This document shows, one piece after another, positions 1 through 9,891 of a stretch of 64,000 nucleotides of DNA (its first letter is position 1; the number at the start of each line of letters is the position of its first letter). Made by a program: the position numbers and the translations under genes. The DNA lies in IMG/VR virus record IMGVR_UViG_3300028392_000038, positions 32,001 to 96,000 of that record, one strand, 5' to 3'. This stretch comes from a virus. The notes under the pieces are model-generated. The model had not been told where the DNA came from. It did no database searches and saw only the letters and a list, made by a program, of their open reading frames with translations.

Positions 1-3000
1 AAGAACATCAACTTTGAAAGGACTACCAGTAGAAGGAACAAGACCAATACCAACATTAACACCATCATCCCATATAGAACTAGTAGATGATAAAGTAGTA
101 GATGATGTATAATATGGAGTGTAATTAGTAACACCTGTTAAAGAAACAGATGATCCACTTGATCCAGATGATCCATTAGATCCTGATGATCCATTAGATC
201 CTGATGATCCACTTGATCCAGATGATCCACTTGATCCAGATGATCCACTCGATCCAGATGATCCACTTGATCCAGAAGTACCATTAGTTCCGTCAGTACC
301 ATTAACACCAGATAAACCAGATGTTCCACTTGATCCAGAAGTACCAGAAGAGCCGGATGTACCAGATGATCCAGAAGTACCAGATGATCCAGATGTACCA
401 TTTGATCCATCAATACCATTTACACCACTAATACCTGATGATCCAGAAGTACCAGATGATCCAGAAGTACCAGATGATCCAGAAGTACCAGATGATCCAC
501 TTGTACCAGAAGAGCCGGATGTACCAGAAGAGCCGGATGTACCAGATGATCCAGAAGTACCAGATGATCCAGAAGTACCAGAAGAGCCGGATGTACCAGA
601 AGAGCCGGATGTACCAGATGATCCAGAAGTACCAGATGATCCAGAAGTACCAGATGATCCAGAAGTACCAGATGATCCAGAAGTACCAGATGATCCAGAA
701 GTACCAGATGATCCAGAAGTACCACTTGATCCACTTGTACCGGAACTACCAGATGTACCATTAGATCCATCAATACCATTCACTCCACTGATACCACTTG
801 ATCCACTTGTACCTGATGATCCACTTGTGCCTGATGATCCAGATGTTCCACTTGATCCACTTGTGCCTGATGATCCAGATGTTCCACTTGATCCACTTGT
901 GCCAGAAGAACCAGATGTTCCACTTGATCCAGAAGTACCAGATGATCCAGATGTACCAGATGAACCAGAAGTACCACTTGAGCCGCTCGTACCAGATGAT
1001 CCAGAAGTACCACTTGATCCACTTGTACCAGATGATCCAGAAGTACCACTTGATCCACTTGTACCAGATGAACCAGATGTTCCACTTGATCCAGATGTAC
1101 CAGAAGAACCAGAAGTACCTGATGATCCACTTGTACCGGAACTACCAGATGTACCTGATGATCCACTTGATCCAGAAGTACCATTTGTACCATCTGTTCC
1201 ATCTATACCAGATAATCCAGAAGTACCACTTGATCCACTTGATCCAGATGATCCAGATGATCCAGATGTACCAGATGAACCACTTGTACCTGATGATCCA
1301 GATGTTCCACTTGATCCAGATGTACCATTAGATCCATCAATACCATTCACTCCACTGATACCACTTGAGCCGCTCGTACCTGATGATCCACTTGTACCAG
1401 ATGTACCTGATGATCCACTTGTACCAGATGTACCTGATGATCCACTTGTACCTGATGATCCACTTGTACCTGATGATCCACTTGTACCAGAAGTACCAGA
1501 TGATCCAGAAGTACCAGATGATCCACTTGTACCAGATGATCCACTTGTACCAGATGATCCACTTGTACCAGATGATCCACTTGTACCAGAAGTACCAGAT
1601 GATCCACTTGTACCAGATGATCCAGAAGTACCATTTGATCCATCAATACCATTTACACCGCTAATACCAGAAGATCCAGATGTTCCACTTGATCCAGATG
1701 TACCAGATGATCCAGAAGTACCACTTGATCCAGATGAACCAGATGAACCAGATGTACCTGAACTACCACTTGTACCGGATGATCCAGATGATCCAGAAGA
1801 ACCAGATGTACCTGAACTACCACTTGTACCGGATGATCCAGATGTACCACTTGATCCAGATGTACCTGAACTACCACTTGTACCGGATGATCCAGAAGTA
1901 CCAGATGATCCACTTGATCCACTTGATCCACTTGTACCGGAACTACCAGATGTACCATTTGATCCATCAATACCATTTACACCGCTAATACCAGATGATC
2001 CACTTGAACCAGATGTTCCACTTGTACCAGATGATCCACTTGTACCAGATGATCCACTTGATCCAGAAGAACCAGATGATCCACTTGAACCAGATGTTCC
2101 ACTTGTACCAGATGATCCACTTGTACCAGATGATCCACTTGATCCAGAAGTACCTGATGATCCACTTGTACCAGAAGTACCAGATGATCCAGAACTACCT
2201 GAACTACCACTTGATCCAGAAGTACCTGAACTACCACTTGTACCGGAAGATCCACTTGTTCCATTTGATCCATCAATACCATTAACACCGCTAACTCCAG
2301 AGGATCCACTTGTACCAGATGTACCAGATGAACCACTTGTACCAGATGATCCAGAAGTACCAGATGATCCAGAAGTACCAGATGATCCAGAAGTACCAGA
2401 TGATCCAGATGTACCAGATGATCCAGAAGTACCAGATGTTCCAGATGATCCAGATGTTCCAGATGATCCAGATGTACCGGATGATCCACTTGTGCCATTA
2501 GACCCGTCAATACCATTCACTCCACTGACACCAGAAGATCCAGAAGTACCAGATGATCCACTTGAACCAGAAGTTCCGGATGATCCACTCGTGCCAGATG
2601 AACCAGAAGATCCACTTGTACCAGAAGATCCACTTGTACCAGATGATCCAGAAGTACCTGAACTACCACTTGTACCACTTGATCCAGATGTACCAGAAGA
2701 ACCAGATGTACCACTTGATCCAGATGTACCAGAAGAACCAGAAGAACCAGAAGAACCAGATGTACCACTTGATCCAGAAGAACCAGATGTACCACTTGAT
2801 CCAGAAGTACCAGATGTTCCACTTGATCCAGATGTACCAGAAGAACCAGATGTACCAGATGTACCACTTGATCCAGAAGTACCAGATGTACCACTTGATC
2901 CAGAAGTACCAGATGTTCCACTTGATCCAGATGTACCAGATGTACCACTTGATCCAGAAGTACCTGATGTTCCACTTGATCCAGATGTACCTGATGATCC

Positions 3001-6000
3001 AGATGTACCTGATGATCCAGATGTACCTGATGACCCAGAAGTACCAGAAGATCCACTTGTACCTGATGATCCAGATGATCCAGAAGTACCTGATGACCCA
3101 GAAGTACCAGATGATCCAGAAGAACCGCTTGATCCAGAAGAACCGCTTGTACCTGATGATCCACTTGATCCAGATGTACCATTTGATCCATCAATACCAT
3201 TTACACCGCTAATACCAGATGATCCAGATGAACCGCTTGTACCAGAAGAACCAGATGATCCACTTGTACCAGATGATCCACTTGATCCAGAAGTACCAGA
3301 AGATCCACTTGTACCTGATGATCCAGAAGAACCAGATGTACCGGATGTACCTGATGAACCACTTGATCCAGATGTTCCACTTGACCCAGATGTACCAGAA
3401 GAACCACTTGTACCAGATGTTCCACTTGATCCTGAAGATCCACTTGTACCAGAAGAACCGGATGTACCAGAAGTACCAGATGATCCAGAAGTACCAGATG
3501 ACCCACTTGTACCAGAAGTACCCGATGATCCAGAAGACCCACTTGTACCAGAAGTACCCGATGATCCTGCTGATCCACTAGATCCTGCTTGAGCTAAAAG
3601 ATTCCAATATGCCAAATTGATTGGATATGGTCCATATGATGGAGCAATACAAATATAAGATGAACCATTATATTGTACAACATCATTGATGCTAAAACTA
3701 TGGTTTATATCCCAATCTCCATACCAATGAATAGAAGTACCTGAACTACCACTTGTACCAGATGATCCAGAAGTACCAGATGATCCAGAAGTACCAGATG
3801 ATCCAGAAGTACCGGATGATCCAGATGATCCAGATGTACCTGATGATCCACTTGTACCGGATGAACCACTTGTACCAGATGATCCAGAAGTACCAGATGA
3901 TCCAGAAGTACCGGATGATCCAGATGATCCAGATGTACCGGATGAACCACTTGTACCGGATGATCCAGATGATCCAGAAGTACCAGATGTACCGGATGAT
4001 CCAGATGTACCGGATGATCCACTTGTGCCATTAGACCCGTCAATACCATTCACTCCACTGACACCAGAAGATCCAGAAGTACCAGAAGTACCAGATGATC
4101 CACTTGATCCAGAAGTACCAGATGATCCACTTGTACCAGAAGATCCGGAAGTACCTGATGATCCAGAAGTACCAGATGATCCACTTGATCCAGATGTACC
4201 AGATGTACCAGATGATCCAGATGTACCAGAAGATCCAGAAGTACCAGATGAACCAGAAGTACCGGATGTACCTGAAGTACCACTTGATCCAGATGTACCA
4301 GAAGAACCAGATGTCCCACTTGATCCAGATGTACCAGAAGAACCAGAAGAACCAGAAGTACCTGATGATCCACTTGTACCAGAAGATCCAGAAGTACCTG
4401 ATGATCCACTTGTACCGGAACTACCAGATGTACCACTTGATCCAGAAGTACCGGATGAACCACTTGTACCGGAAGAACCACTTGATCCAGATGTACCATT
4501 TGATCCATCAATACCATTCACACCACTAACTCCAGATGATCCAGATGTACCGGATGAACCAGAAGTACCACTTGATCCAGATGTACCAGAAGAACCAGAA
4601 GATCCAGAAGTACCAGATGATCCACTTGTACCAGATGATCCACTTGTACCAGATGATCCACTTGTACCAGATGATCCACTTGTACCAGATGATCCACTTG
4701 TACCAGATGATCCACTTGTACCAGATGATCCACTTGTACCTGATGATCCACTTGTACCTGATGATCCACTTGTACCTGATGATCCACTTGTACCACTTGA
4801 TCCAGAAGTACCTGATGATCCACTTGTACCAGATGATCCACTTGTACCAGATGATCCACTTGTACCAGATGATCCGGAAGTACCAGAAGTACCAGATGAT
4901 CCACTTGTACCTGATGATCCAGATGATCCAGAAGTACCAGATGATCCACTTGTACCAGAAGAACCAGATGATCCAGAAGATCCAGAAGTACCTGATGATC
5001 CGGAAGTACCAGATGATCCACTTGTACCAGATGATCCAGATGATCCAGATGTACCACTTGTACCTGAACTACCAGAAGTACCTGATGATCCACTTGATCC
5101 ACTTGTACCAGAAGATCCACTTGATCCAGAAGTACCGGAAGATCCAGAAGTACCTGAACTACCACTTGTACCTGAACTACCAGAAGTACCTGATGATCCA
5201 GATGAACCACTTGTACCTGATGTTCCAGAAGTACCTGATGATCCACTTGTACCGGAGGATCCACTTGTTCCATTTGATCCATCAATACCATTAACACCGC
5301 TAACTCCAGAGGATCCACTTGTACCACTTGATCCAGATGATCCAGAAGTACCGGATGATCCAGAAGTACCGGATGATCCAGATGAACCACTTGTACCTGA
5401 TGTTCCAGAAGTACCAGATGATCCGGATGTGCCTGAACTACCACTTGTACCACTTGATCCAGAAGTACCAGATGATCCAGAAGATCCAGAAGATCCACTT
5501 GTACCAGATGTACCAGAAGATCCAGAAGTACCTGAACTACCACTTGTACCAGAAGAACCAGATGATCCAGAAGATCCAGAAGTACCTGATGATCCAGATG
5601 ATCCACTTGTACCACTTGATCCAGAAGTACCACTTGATCCAGAAGTACCGGATGATCCAGAAGTACCGGATGATCCAGAAGTACCGGATGATCCAGAAGT
5701 ACCGGATGATCCAGAAGTACCGGATGATCCAGAAGTACCGGATGATCCAGAAGTACCAGTTGATCCAGAAGTACCAGTTGATCCAGAAGTACCACTTGAT
5801 CCAGAAGTACCACTTGATCCAGAAGTACCACTTGATCCAGAAGTACCACTTGATCCAGAAGTACCGGATGATCCACTTGTACCATTAGACCCGTCAATAC
5901 CATTCACTCCACTGACACCAGAAGAACCAGAAGTACCAGATGATCCAGATGAACCAGAAGTACCGGATGATCCACTTGTACCGGATGACCCAGAAGTACC

Positions 6001-6987
6001 TGATGATCCAGAAGTACCAGAAGAACCAGAAGATCCGCTTGTACCACTTGTACCACTTGTACCTGATGATCCAGAAGTACCGGATGATCCAGAAGTACCT
6101 GATGATCCACTTGATCCAGAAGTACCTGATGATCCACTTGATCCAGAAGTACCTGATGATCCACTTGATCCAGATGTACCTGATGATCCACTTGATCCAG
6201 ATGTACCTGATGATCCACTTGTACCTGATGTTCCAGAAGTACCAGATGATCCGGATGTGCCTGAACTACCACTTGTACCTGATGTTCCAGAAGTACCAGA
6301 TGATCCGGATGTGCCTGAACTACCACTTGTACCGGATGTACCTGAACTACCACTTGTACCGGATGTACCACTTGTACCGGATGATCCAGATGTTCCACTT
6401 GTACCGGATGATCCGCTTGTACCACTTGATCCAGAAGAACCAGATGTTCCAGATGATCCAGAAGTACCTGAACTACCACTTGTACCAGAAGAACCAGATG
6501 ATCCAGATGATCCAGAAGTACCTGAACTACCACTTGATCCAGATGTACCATTTGATCCATCAATACCATTCACACCACTAACTCCAGAAGAACCAGATGT
6601 TCCAGAAGTACCTGAAGTACCTGAAGTACCAGAAGTACCAGAAGTACCAGAAGTACCTGATGATCCATCAAGACCACCTATTAACCAATTAGAACCATTA
6701 CTAGTTAAATATAAACTATCATATTGAGAGAGTGTTTTTGTTAAAGATCCATCTATAGTTTGAGAAGAAGTAGTATTAACTGTAATAACACCACTACCAC
6801 TATTTTTTACAATATAAAACTTACCTGCTACACCAACTGATGTTGGTAAAGTAACATTAAATGTCCCAGAACAATCTATAAAATGATCATTAACTCCTAT
6901 TACATAGGCTGTTATTGTTGAATAATAAGGGAACGTAATTCCACCTAAAGATATAATACCGCGTCTAGTGACGAATTCATTAGCCAT
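1..6987 (-). CDS. Giant Gly-X-Y (GSS/GTS) repeat virion fibre protein, >2,329 aa, runs off the window start
   Basis: ATG at 6987 (MANEFVTRRGIISLGG...). Frame spot-checked as continuous at 6987, 3601, 301 and 1 (...GVNVGIGLVPSTGSPFKVDVL). Absent from the ORF track because its stop lies outside the window; the track's PDDP/MIQKYQ/VLLDH ORFs are its shadow frames. Confidence 0.9.
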   Translation of the reverse strand, partial: MANEFVTRRGIISLGGITFPYYSTITAYVIGVNDHFIDCSGTFNVTLPTSVGVAGKFYIVKNSGSGVITVNTTSSQTIDGSLTKTLSQYDSLYLTSNGSNWLIGGLDGSSGTSGTSGTSGTSGTSGTSGTSGSSGVSGVNGIDGSNGTSGSSGSSGTSGSSGSSGSSGTSGSSGTSGSSGTSGSSGSSGTSGSSGTSGTSGSSGTSGTSGTSGSSGTSGTSGSSGTSGSSGTSGTSGTSGSSGTSGSSGTSGTSGTSGSSGTSGSSGSSGTSGSSGSSGTSGSSGSSGTSGSSGSSGTSGSSGTSGSSGTSGTSGTSGSSGSSGTSGSSGTSGSSGTSGSSGTSGSSGSSGTSGSSGVSGVNGIDGSNGTSGSSGTSGSSGTSGSSGTSGSSGTSGSSGTSGSTGTSGSTGTSGSSGTSGSSGTSGSSGTSGSSGTSGSSGTSGSSGTSGSSGTSGSSGTSGSSGSSGTSGSSGSSGSSGTSGSSGTSGSSGTSGTSGSSGSSGSSGTSGSSGTSGSSGTSGSSGTSGTSGTSGSSGSSGTSGSSGTSGSSGSSGTSGSSGVSGVNGIDGSNGTSGSSGTSGSSGTSGTSGTSGSSGSSGTSGSSGTSGSSGTSGSSGTSGSSGSSGTSGSSGSSGTSGSSGTSGTSGSSGSSGTSGSSGTSGSSGTSGSSGSSGSSGTSGSSGTSGSSGSSGTSGSSGTSGTSGSSGTSGSSGTSGSSGTSGSSGTSGSSGTSGSSGTSGSSGTSGSSGTSGSSGTSGSSGTSGSSGTSGSSGTSGSSGTSGSSGTSGSSGTSGSSGSSGTSGSSGTSGSSGTSGSSGVSGVNGIDGSNGTSGSSGSSGTSGSSGTSGSSGTSGSSGTSGSSGTSGSSGTSGSSGTSGSSGSSGTSGSSGTSGSSGTSGSSGTSGTSGTSGSSGTSGSSGTSGSSGTSGTSGSSGSSGTSGSSGTSGSSGTSGSSGTSGSSGSSGTSGTSGSSGVSGVNGIDGSNGTSGSSGTSGSSGTSGTSGSSGSSGTSGSSGTSGSSGSSGTSGSSGTSGSSGTSGSSGTSGSSGTSGSSGSSGTSGSSGTSGSSGTSGSSGTSGSSGTSIHWYGDWDINHSFSINDVVQYNGSSYICIAPSYGPYPINLAYWNLLAQAGSSGSAGSSGTSGTSGSSGSSGTSGTSGSSGTSGSSGTSGTSGSSGTSGSSGSSGTSGTSGSSGTSGSSGTSGSSGSSGTSGTSGSSGSSGTSGSSGTSGSSGSSGTSGSSGSSGTSGSSGSSGISGVNGIDGSNGTSGSSGSSGTSGSSGSSGSSGSSGTSGSSGTSGSSGSSGTSGSSGTSGSSGTSGSSGTSGSSGTSGSSGTSGTSGSSGTSGTSGSSGTSGTSGSSGTSGTSGSSGTSGTSGSSGTSGSSGTSGTSGSSGTSGSSGSSGTSGSSGSSGSSGTSGSSGTSGSSGTSGSSGTSGSSGTSGSSGTSGSSGTSGSSGSSGTSGSSGTSGSSGSSGTSGSSGVSGVNGIDGSNGTSGSSGTSGSSGTSGSSGTSGTSGSSGTSGSSGTSGSSGTSGSSGTSGSSGTSGSSGTSGTSGSSGVSGVNGIDGSNGTSGSSGTSGSSGTSGSSGSSGSSGSSGTSGTSGSSGTSGSSGSSGTSGSSGTSGTSGSSGSSGSSGSSGSSGTSGSSGTSGTSGSSGSSGISGVNGIDGSNGTSGSSGTSGSSGSSGSSGTSGSSGTSGSSGTSGSSGTSGSSGTSGSSGTSGSSGSSGSSGTSGSSGTSGSSGSSGSSGTSGSSGTSGSSGTSGSSGISGVNGIDGSNGTSGSSGTSGSSGTSGTSGSSGTSGSSGTSGSSGTSGSSGTSGSSGTSGTSGSSGTSGSSGTSGSSGTSGTSGSSGTSGTSGSSGTSGSSGISGVNGIDGSNGTSGSSGTSGSSGTSGSSGTSGSSGSSGSSGSSGTSGLSGIDGTDGTNGTSGSSGSSGTSGSSGTSGSSGTSGSSGTSGSSGTSGSSGTSGSSGTSGSSGTSGSSGTSGSSGTSGSSGTSGSSGTSGSSGTSGSSGTSGSSGTSGSSGTSGSSGTSGSSGTSGSSGTSGSSGTSGSSGISGVNGIDGSNGTSGSSGTSGSSGTSGSSGTSGSSGTSGSSGTSGSSGTSGSSGTSGSSGTSGSSGTSGSSGTSGSSGTSGSSGTSGSSGTSGSSGTSGSSGTSGSSGTSGSSGTSGSSGISGVNGIDGSNGTSGSSGTSGSSGTSGSSGTSGSSGTSGLSGVNGTDGTNGTSGSSGSSGSSGSSGSSGSSGSSGSSGSNGSSGSNGSSGSSGSSVSLTGVTNYTPYYTSSTTLSSTSSIWDDGVNVGIGLVPSTGSPFKVDVL
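148..6669 (-). repeat. Low-complexity 9-nt-unit tandem array encoding (G-S-S/G-T-S)n
   Basis: Units GGATCATCT/GGTACAAGT/GGATCAAGT/GGTACTTCT, punctuated by about 15 G(I/V/L)SGVNG(I/T)DG(S/T)NG-type motifs and one non-repetitive insert (3590-3733). Confidence 0.97.
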
Positions 6988-7054
6988 CTATCAATTTTTT
7001 TCTTTTTTCACTCTCCAAAAGAAAAGTCGTTTAAGCAGAATAACTCCACTTGTT

Positions 7055-7064
7055 GTATATATAA
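7055..7064 (-). promoter_or_regulatory. Late-type promoter motif (TTATATATAC)
   Basis: Same W-ATATATA core recurs upstream of nearly all structural genes. Confidence 0.55.
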
Positions 7065-7113
7065 AATTGTAAATGCTTATTTTAGGAATATAGTTGAAAA
7101 TTAAGTAGAAAAA

Positions 7114-9774
7114 TTAAATAATTCTTATACCCGTATCTACTGACCATGTACCAGAAGTTACAACAGATTGAAGTGTTACATTACCAGCAATTATAACAAC
7201 ATTAAACTCAATTCCTATTGTAGAACCATTCAAGTCAGGTGTAGATGTATCAGTAAAGGCAACATTAGTTCCGTTCCAAGTAGCCATTACAGTACCAGTT
7301 CTTCTTTGATTAGAAGAACCAGAAAGATGATAATCAAAATAAACACCATTACCAGCAGAAGATGTAAATGAAACTATTGAAGTTGTACCAGATGTAAGAC
7401 CTGATGTAGCACTAGTATTAAGAATAAGTTGACCGGAAACTGAGAATGTAAACCCATCATATGTCAATCCAGTATTTGCTAATGCTGAATTTGTAGATGA
7501 TCCAGTAGCTGTTAATATTCTATAATCGGATGGATTTATAATAGAATTGAATCCTGTTCCAGAAGTACCACTAGTTCCTGATGTACCTGATGATCCACTT
7601 GTTCCAGAAGATCCACTTGTACCATTAGAACCATCTGTGCCATTAACACCAGATAAACCGGAAGTACCAGAAGATCCGCTTGTACCTGAAGATCCACTTG
7701 TACCTGAAGATCCACTTGATCCAGATGTTCCACTTGTACCAGATGTACCACTTGTACCAGATGATCCGGAAGTACCAGAACTACCACTTGTACCAGATGA
7801 TCCGGAAGTACCAGAACTACCACTTGTACCAGAAGATCCAGATGTACCAGAAGATCCAGAAGTACCAGAAGTACCAGAAGATCCAGAAGTACCAGAACTA
7901 CCACTTGTACCAGAAGATCCAGATGTACCAGAAGATCCAGATGTACCAGAAGATCCAGATGTACCAGAAGATCCAGATGTACCAGAAGATCCAGATGTAC
8001 CAGAAGATCCAGATGTACCATTAGATCCATCAATACCATTAACACCACTAATTCCGGATGATCCAGAAGTACCAGATGATCCAGAAGTACCAGATGATCC
8101 AGAAGTACCACTTGATCCAGAAGTACCAGATGATCCAGAAGTACCAGATGATCCAGAAGTACCACTTGATCCACTTGTACCCGAACTACCACTTGTACCT
8201 GAGCTACCGGATGATCCGCTTGTACCACTTGACCCAGAAGTACCAGAACTACCACTTGTACCAGATGATCCAGAAGTACCGGATGTACCAGAAGATCCAC
8301 TTGATCCACTTGTACCAGATGATCCAGAAGTACCAGATGATCCAGAAGTACCAGATGATCCAGAAGATCCAGAAGATCCAGAAGATCCAGATGTGCCTGA
8401 ACTACCAGATGTACCAGAAGATCCAGATGATCCACTTGTACCTGAGCTACCACTTGTACCTGAGCTACCGGATGTACCTGAGCTACCGGATGTACCGGAT
8501 GATCCGCTTGTACCACTTGATCCAGAAGTACCAGAAGATCCACTTGTGCCACTTGATCCAGAAGTACCAGAAGATCCACTTGTACCTGAACTACCACTCG
8601 TGCCGGATGATCCACTTGTACCTGAACTACCAGATGTACCAGAAGACCCACTTGTACCACTTGTACCACTTGATCCAGAAGTACCGGATGATCCGGATAT
8701 AACCATTAGGTCCCAATTAGGATTTACATCAGGTGTAGAAGCACCAGCCAATATATTAGCAGTCGCTATATATACAGAATATGGAGAACCATATTTAACA
8801 ACATCATTTATACCATAAGGTAGTGAAGATGACCAAAGACCTAGCCAATTTATATCTAAACCATTAAACCCAGATGATCCACTTGTACCAGAACTACCAG
8901 AACTACCAGAAGATCCACTTGTACCAGAAGATCCACTTGTACCTGATGATCCAGATGTGCCACTTGTACCTGATGATCCAGATGTGCCACTTGTACCTGA
9001 TGATCCAGATGTACCAGATGATCCAGATGATCCAGATGATCCAGAAGATCCAGAAGATCCACTTGATCCAGAAGATCCATTAGAACCATCTGTACCATTA
9101 ACACCAGATAAACCGGAAGTACCGGATGACCCAGAAGATCCACTTGACCCACTTGATCCTGATGATCCAGAAGTACCTGATGATCCACTTGACCCACTTG
9201 ATCCTGATGATCCAGAAGTACCTGATGATCCACTTGTTCCAGATGATCCAGTTGATCCTGATGATCCACTTGATCCACTTGATCCTGATGATCCACTTGT
9301 ACCAGAAGATCCTGATGATCCACTTGATCCTGATGATCCACTTGATCCACTTGTTCCAGATGATCCACTTGATCCACTTGATCCTGATGATCCAGTTGAT
9401 CCTGATGATCCACTTGATCCACTTGTTCCAGATGATCCACTTGATCCAGATGATCCACTTGATCCACTTGATCCTGATGATCCAGATGTACCTGATGATC
9501 CAGGTATTGATGCTGTCCAAGTAGCAACACCATTAGTATCACTAATTAAAATATAATTAGAACCTTGAGTACCATCTTGTAATTGAAATGCCCCAGATTG
9601 TGTTGAATATATATGGACTTTTGTGTTAGGAGAAGCAGTACCAATACCTAGTCTGTTATTCGTGAAATCCCAATGTAATTGATTAGAATTCTCACTTACA
9701 GTGCTATTAGTTCCTAAGAATAAAATTGACCCTTGTGTGCCTCCTCTAACTTGTTTGATATTCAACTGACCCAT
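7114..9774 (-). CDS. Gly-X-Y (GSS/GTS) repeat fibre protein, 886 aa
   Basis: N-terminal RLGIGTASP fibre motif, GSS repeats, internal W-x-G-x-W...Y-x-INDVV-x-Y module, beta-rich C-terminal domain. Confidence 0.9.
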   Translation of the reverse strand: MGQLNIKQVRGGTQGSILFLGTNSTVSENSNQLHWDFTNNRLGIGTASPNTKVHIYSTQSGAFQLQDGTQGSNYILISDTNGVATWTASIPGSSGTSGSSGSSGSSGSSGSSGSSGTSGSSGSSGSTGSSGSSGSSGSSGTSGSSGSSGSSGSSGSSGTSGSSGSSGSSGSSGSTGSSGTSGSSGTSGSSGSSGSSGSSGTSGSSGSSGSSGSSGSSGTSGLSGVNGTDGSNGSSGSSGSSGSSGSSGSSGSSGTSGSSGTSGTSGSSGTSGTSGSSGTSGSSGTSGSSGSSGSSGTSGSSGFNGLDINWLGLWSSSLPYGINDVVKYGSPYSVYIATANILAGASTPDVNPNWDLMVISGSSGTSGSSGTSGTSGSSGTSGSSGTSGSSGTSGSSGTSGSSGTSGSSGTSGSSGTSGSSGTSGSSGTSGSSGTSGSSGTSGSSGTSGSSGSSGTSGSSGTSGSSGSSGSSGSSGTSGSSGTSGSSGTSGSSGSSGTSGTSGSSGTSGSSGTSGSSGTSGSSGSSGTSGSSGTSGSSGTSGSSGTSGSSGTSGSSGTSGSSGTSGSSGTSGSSGISGVNGIDGSNGTSGSSGTSGSSGTSGSSGTSGSSGTSGSSGTSGSSGTSGSSGTSGSSGTSGTSGSSGTSGSSGTSGSSGTSGSSGTSGSSGTSGSSGTSGTSGTSGTSGSSGSSGTSGSSGTSGSSGTSGLSGVNGTDGSNGTSGSSGTSGSSGTSGTSGTSGTGFNSIINPSDYRILTATGSSTNSALANTGLTYDGFTFSVSGQLILNTSATSGLTSGTTSIVSFTSSAGNGVYFDYHLSGSSNQRRTGTVMATWNGTNVAFTDTSTPDLNGSTIGIEFNVVIIAGNVTLQSVVTSGTWSVDTGIRII
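7553..9503 (-). repeat. (GSS/GTS)n coding array of the second fibre gene
   Basis: Same 9-nt units as the upstream array; insert at about 8697-8860. Confidence 0.95.
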
Positions 9775-9800
9775 TAATTAGCGTAATTATATTTTATCTT

Positions 9801-9810
9801 GTATATATTA
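9801..9810 (-). promoter_or_regulatory. Late-type promoter motif (TAATATATAC)
   Basis: About 27 nt upstream of ATG 9774; recurring motif. Confidence 0.6.
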
Positions 9811-9841
9811 ATTAACCATAATGCTTTTTAATAAAAGAAAT

Positions 9842-9869
9842 AAAAAAAAGGGAAGTTTTCTTCCCTTTT
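9842..9869 (-). terminator. Intrinsic terminator
   Basis: AAAAGGGAAG/CTTCCCTTTT stem with U-tract on the minus strand, downstream of ORF 9892-11022. Confidence 0.75.
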
Positions 9870-9891
9870 GAAATATAAAAATTATTTTTTA

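Noticed and set aside
148-9503. CRISPR array or non-coding satellite
   Set aside because: No unique spacers; unit lengths are multiples of 3 with third-position variation, which indicates coding sequence.
138-9556. Long ORFs of PDDPEV, MIQKYQ, VLLDHL and WII type (up to 921 aa)
   Set aside because: Shadow frames of the GSS codon array. They are confined to the repeat tracts and close shortly after entering unique sequence, whereas the GSS frame continues through it.
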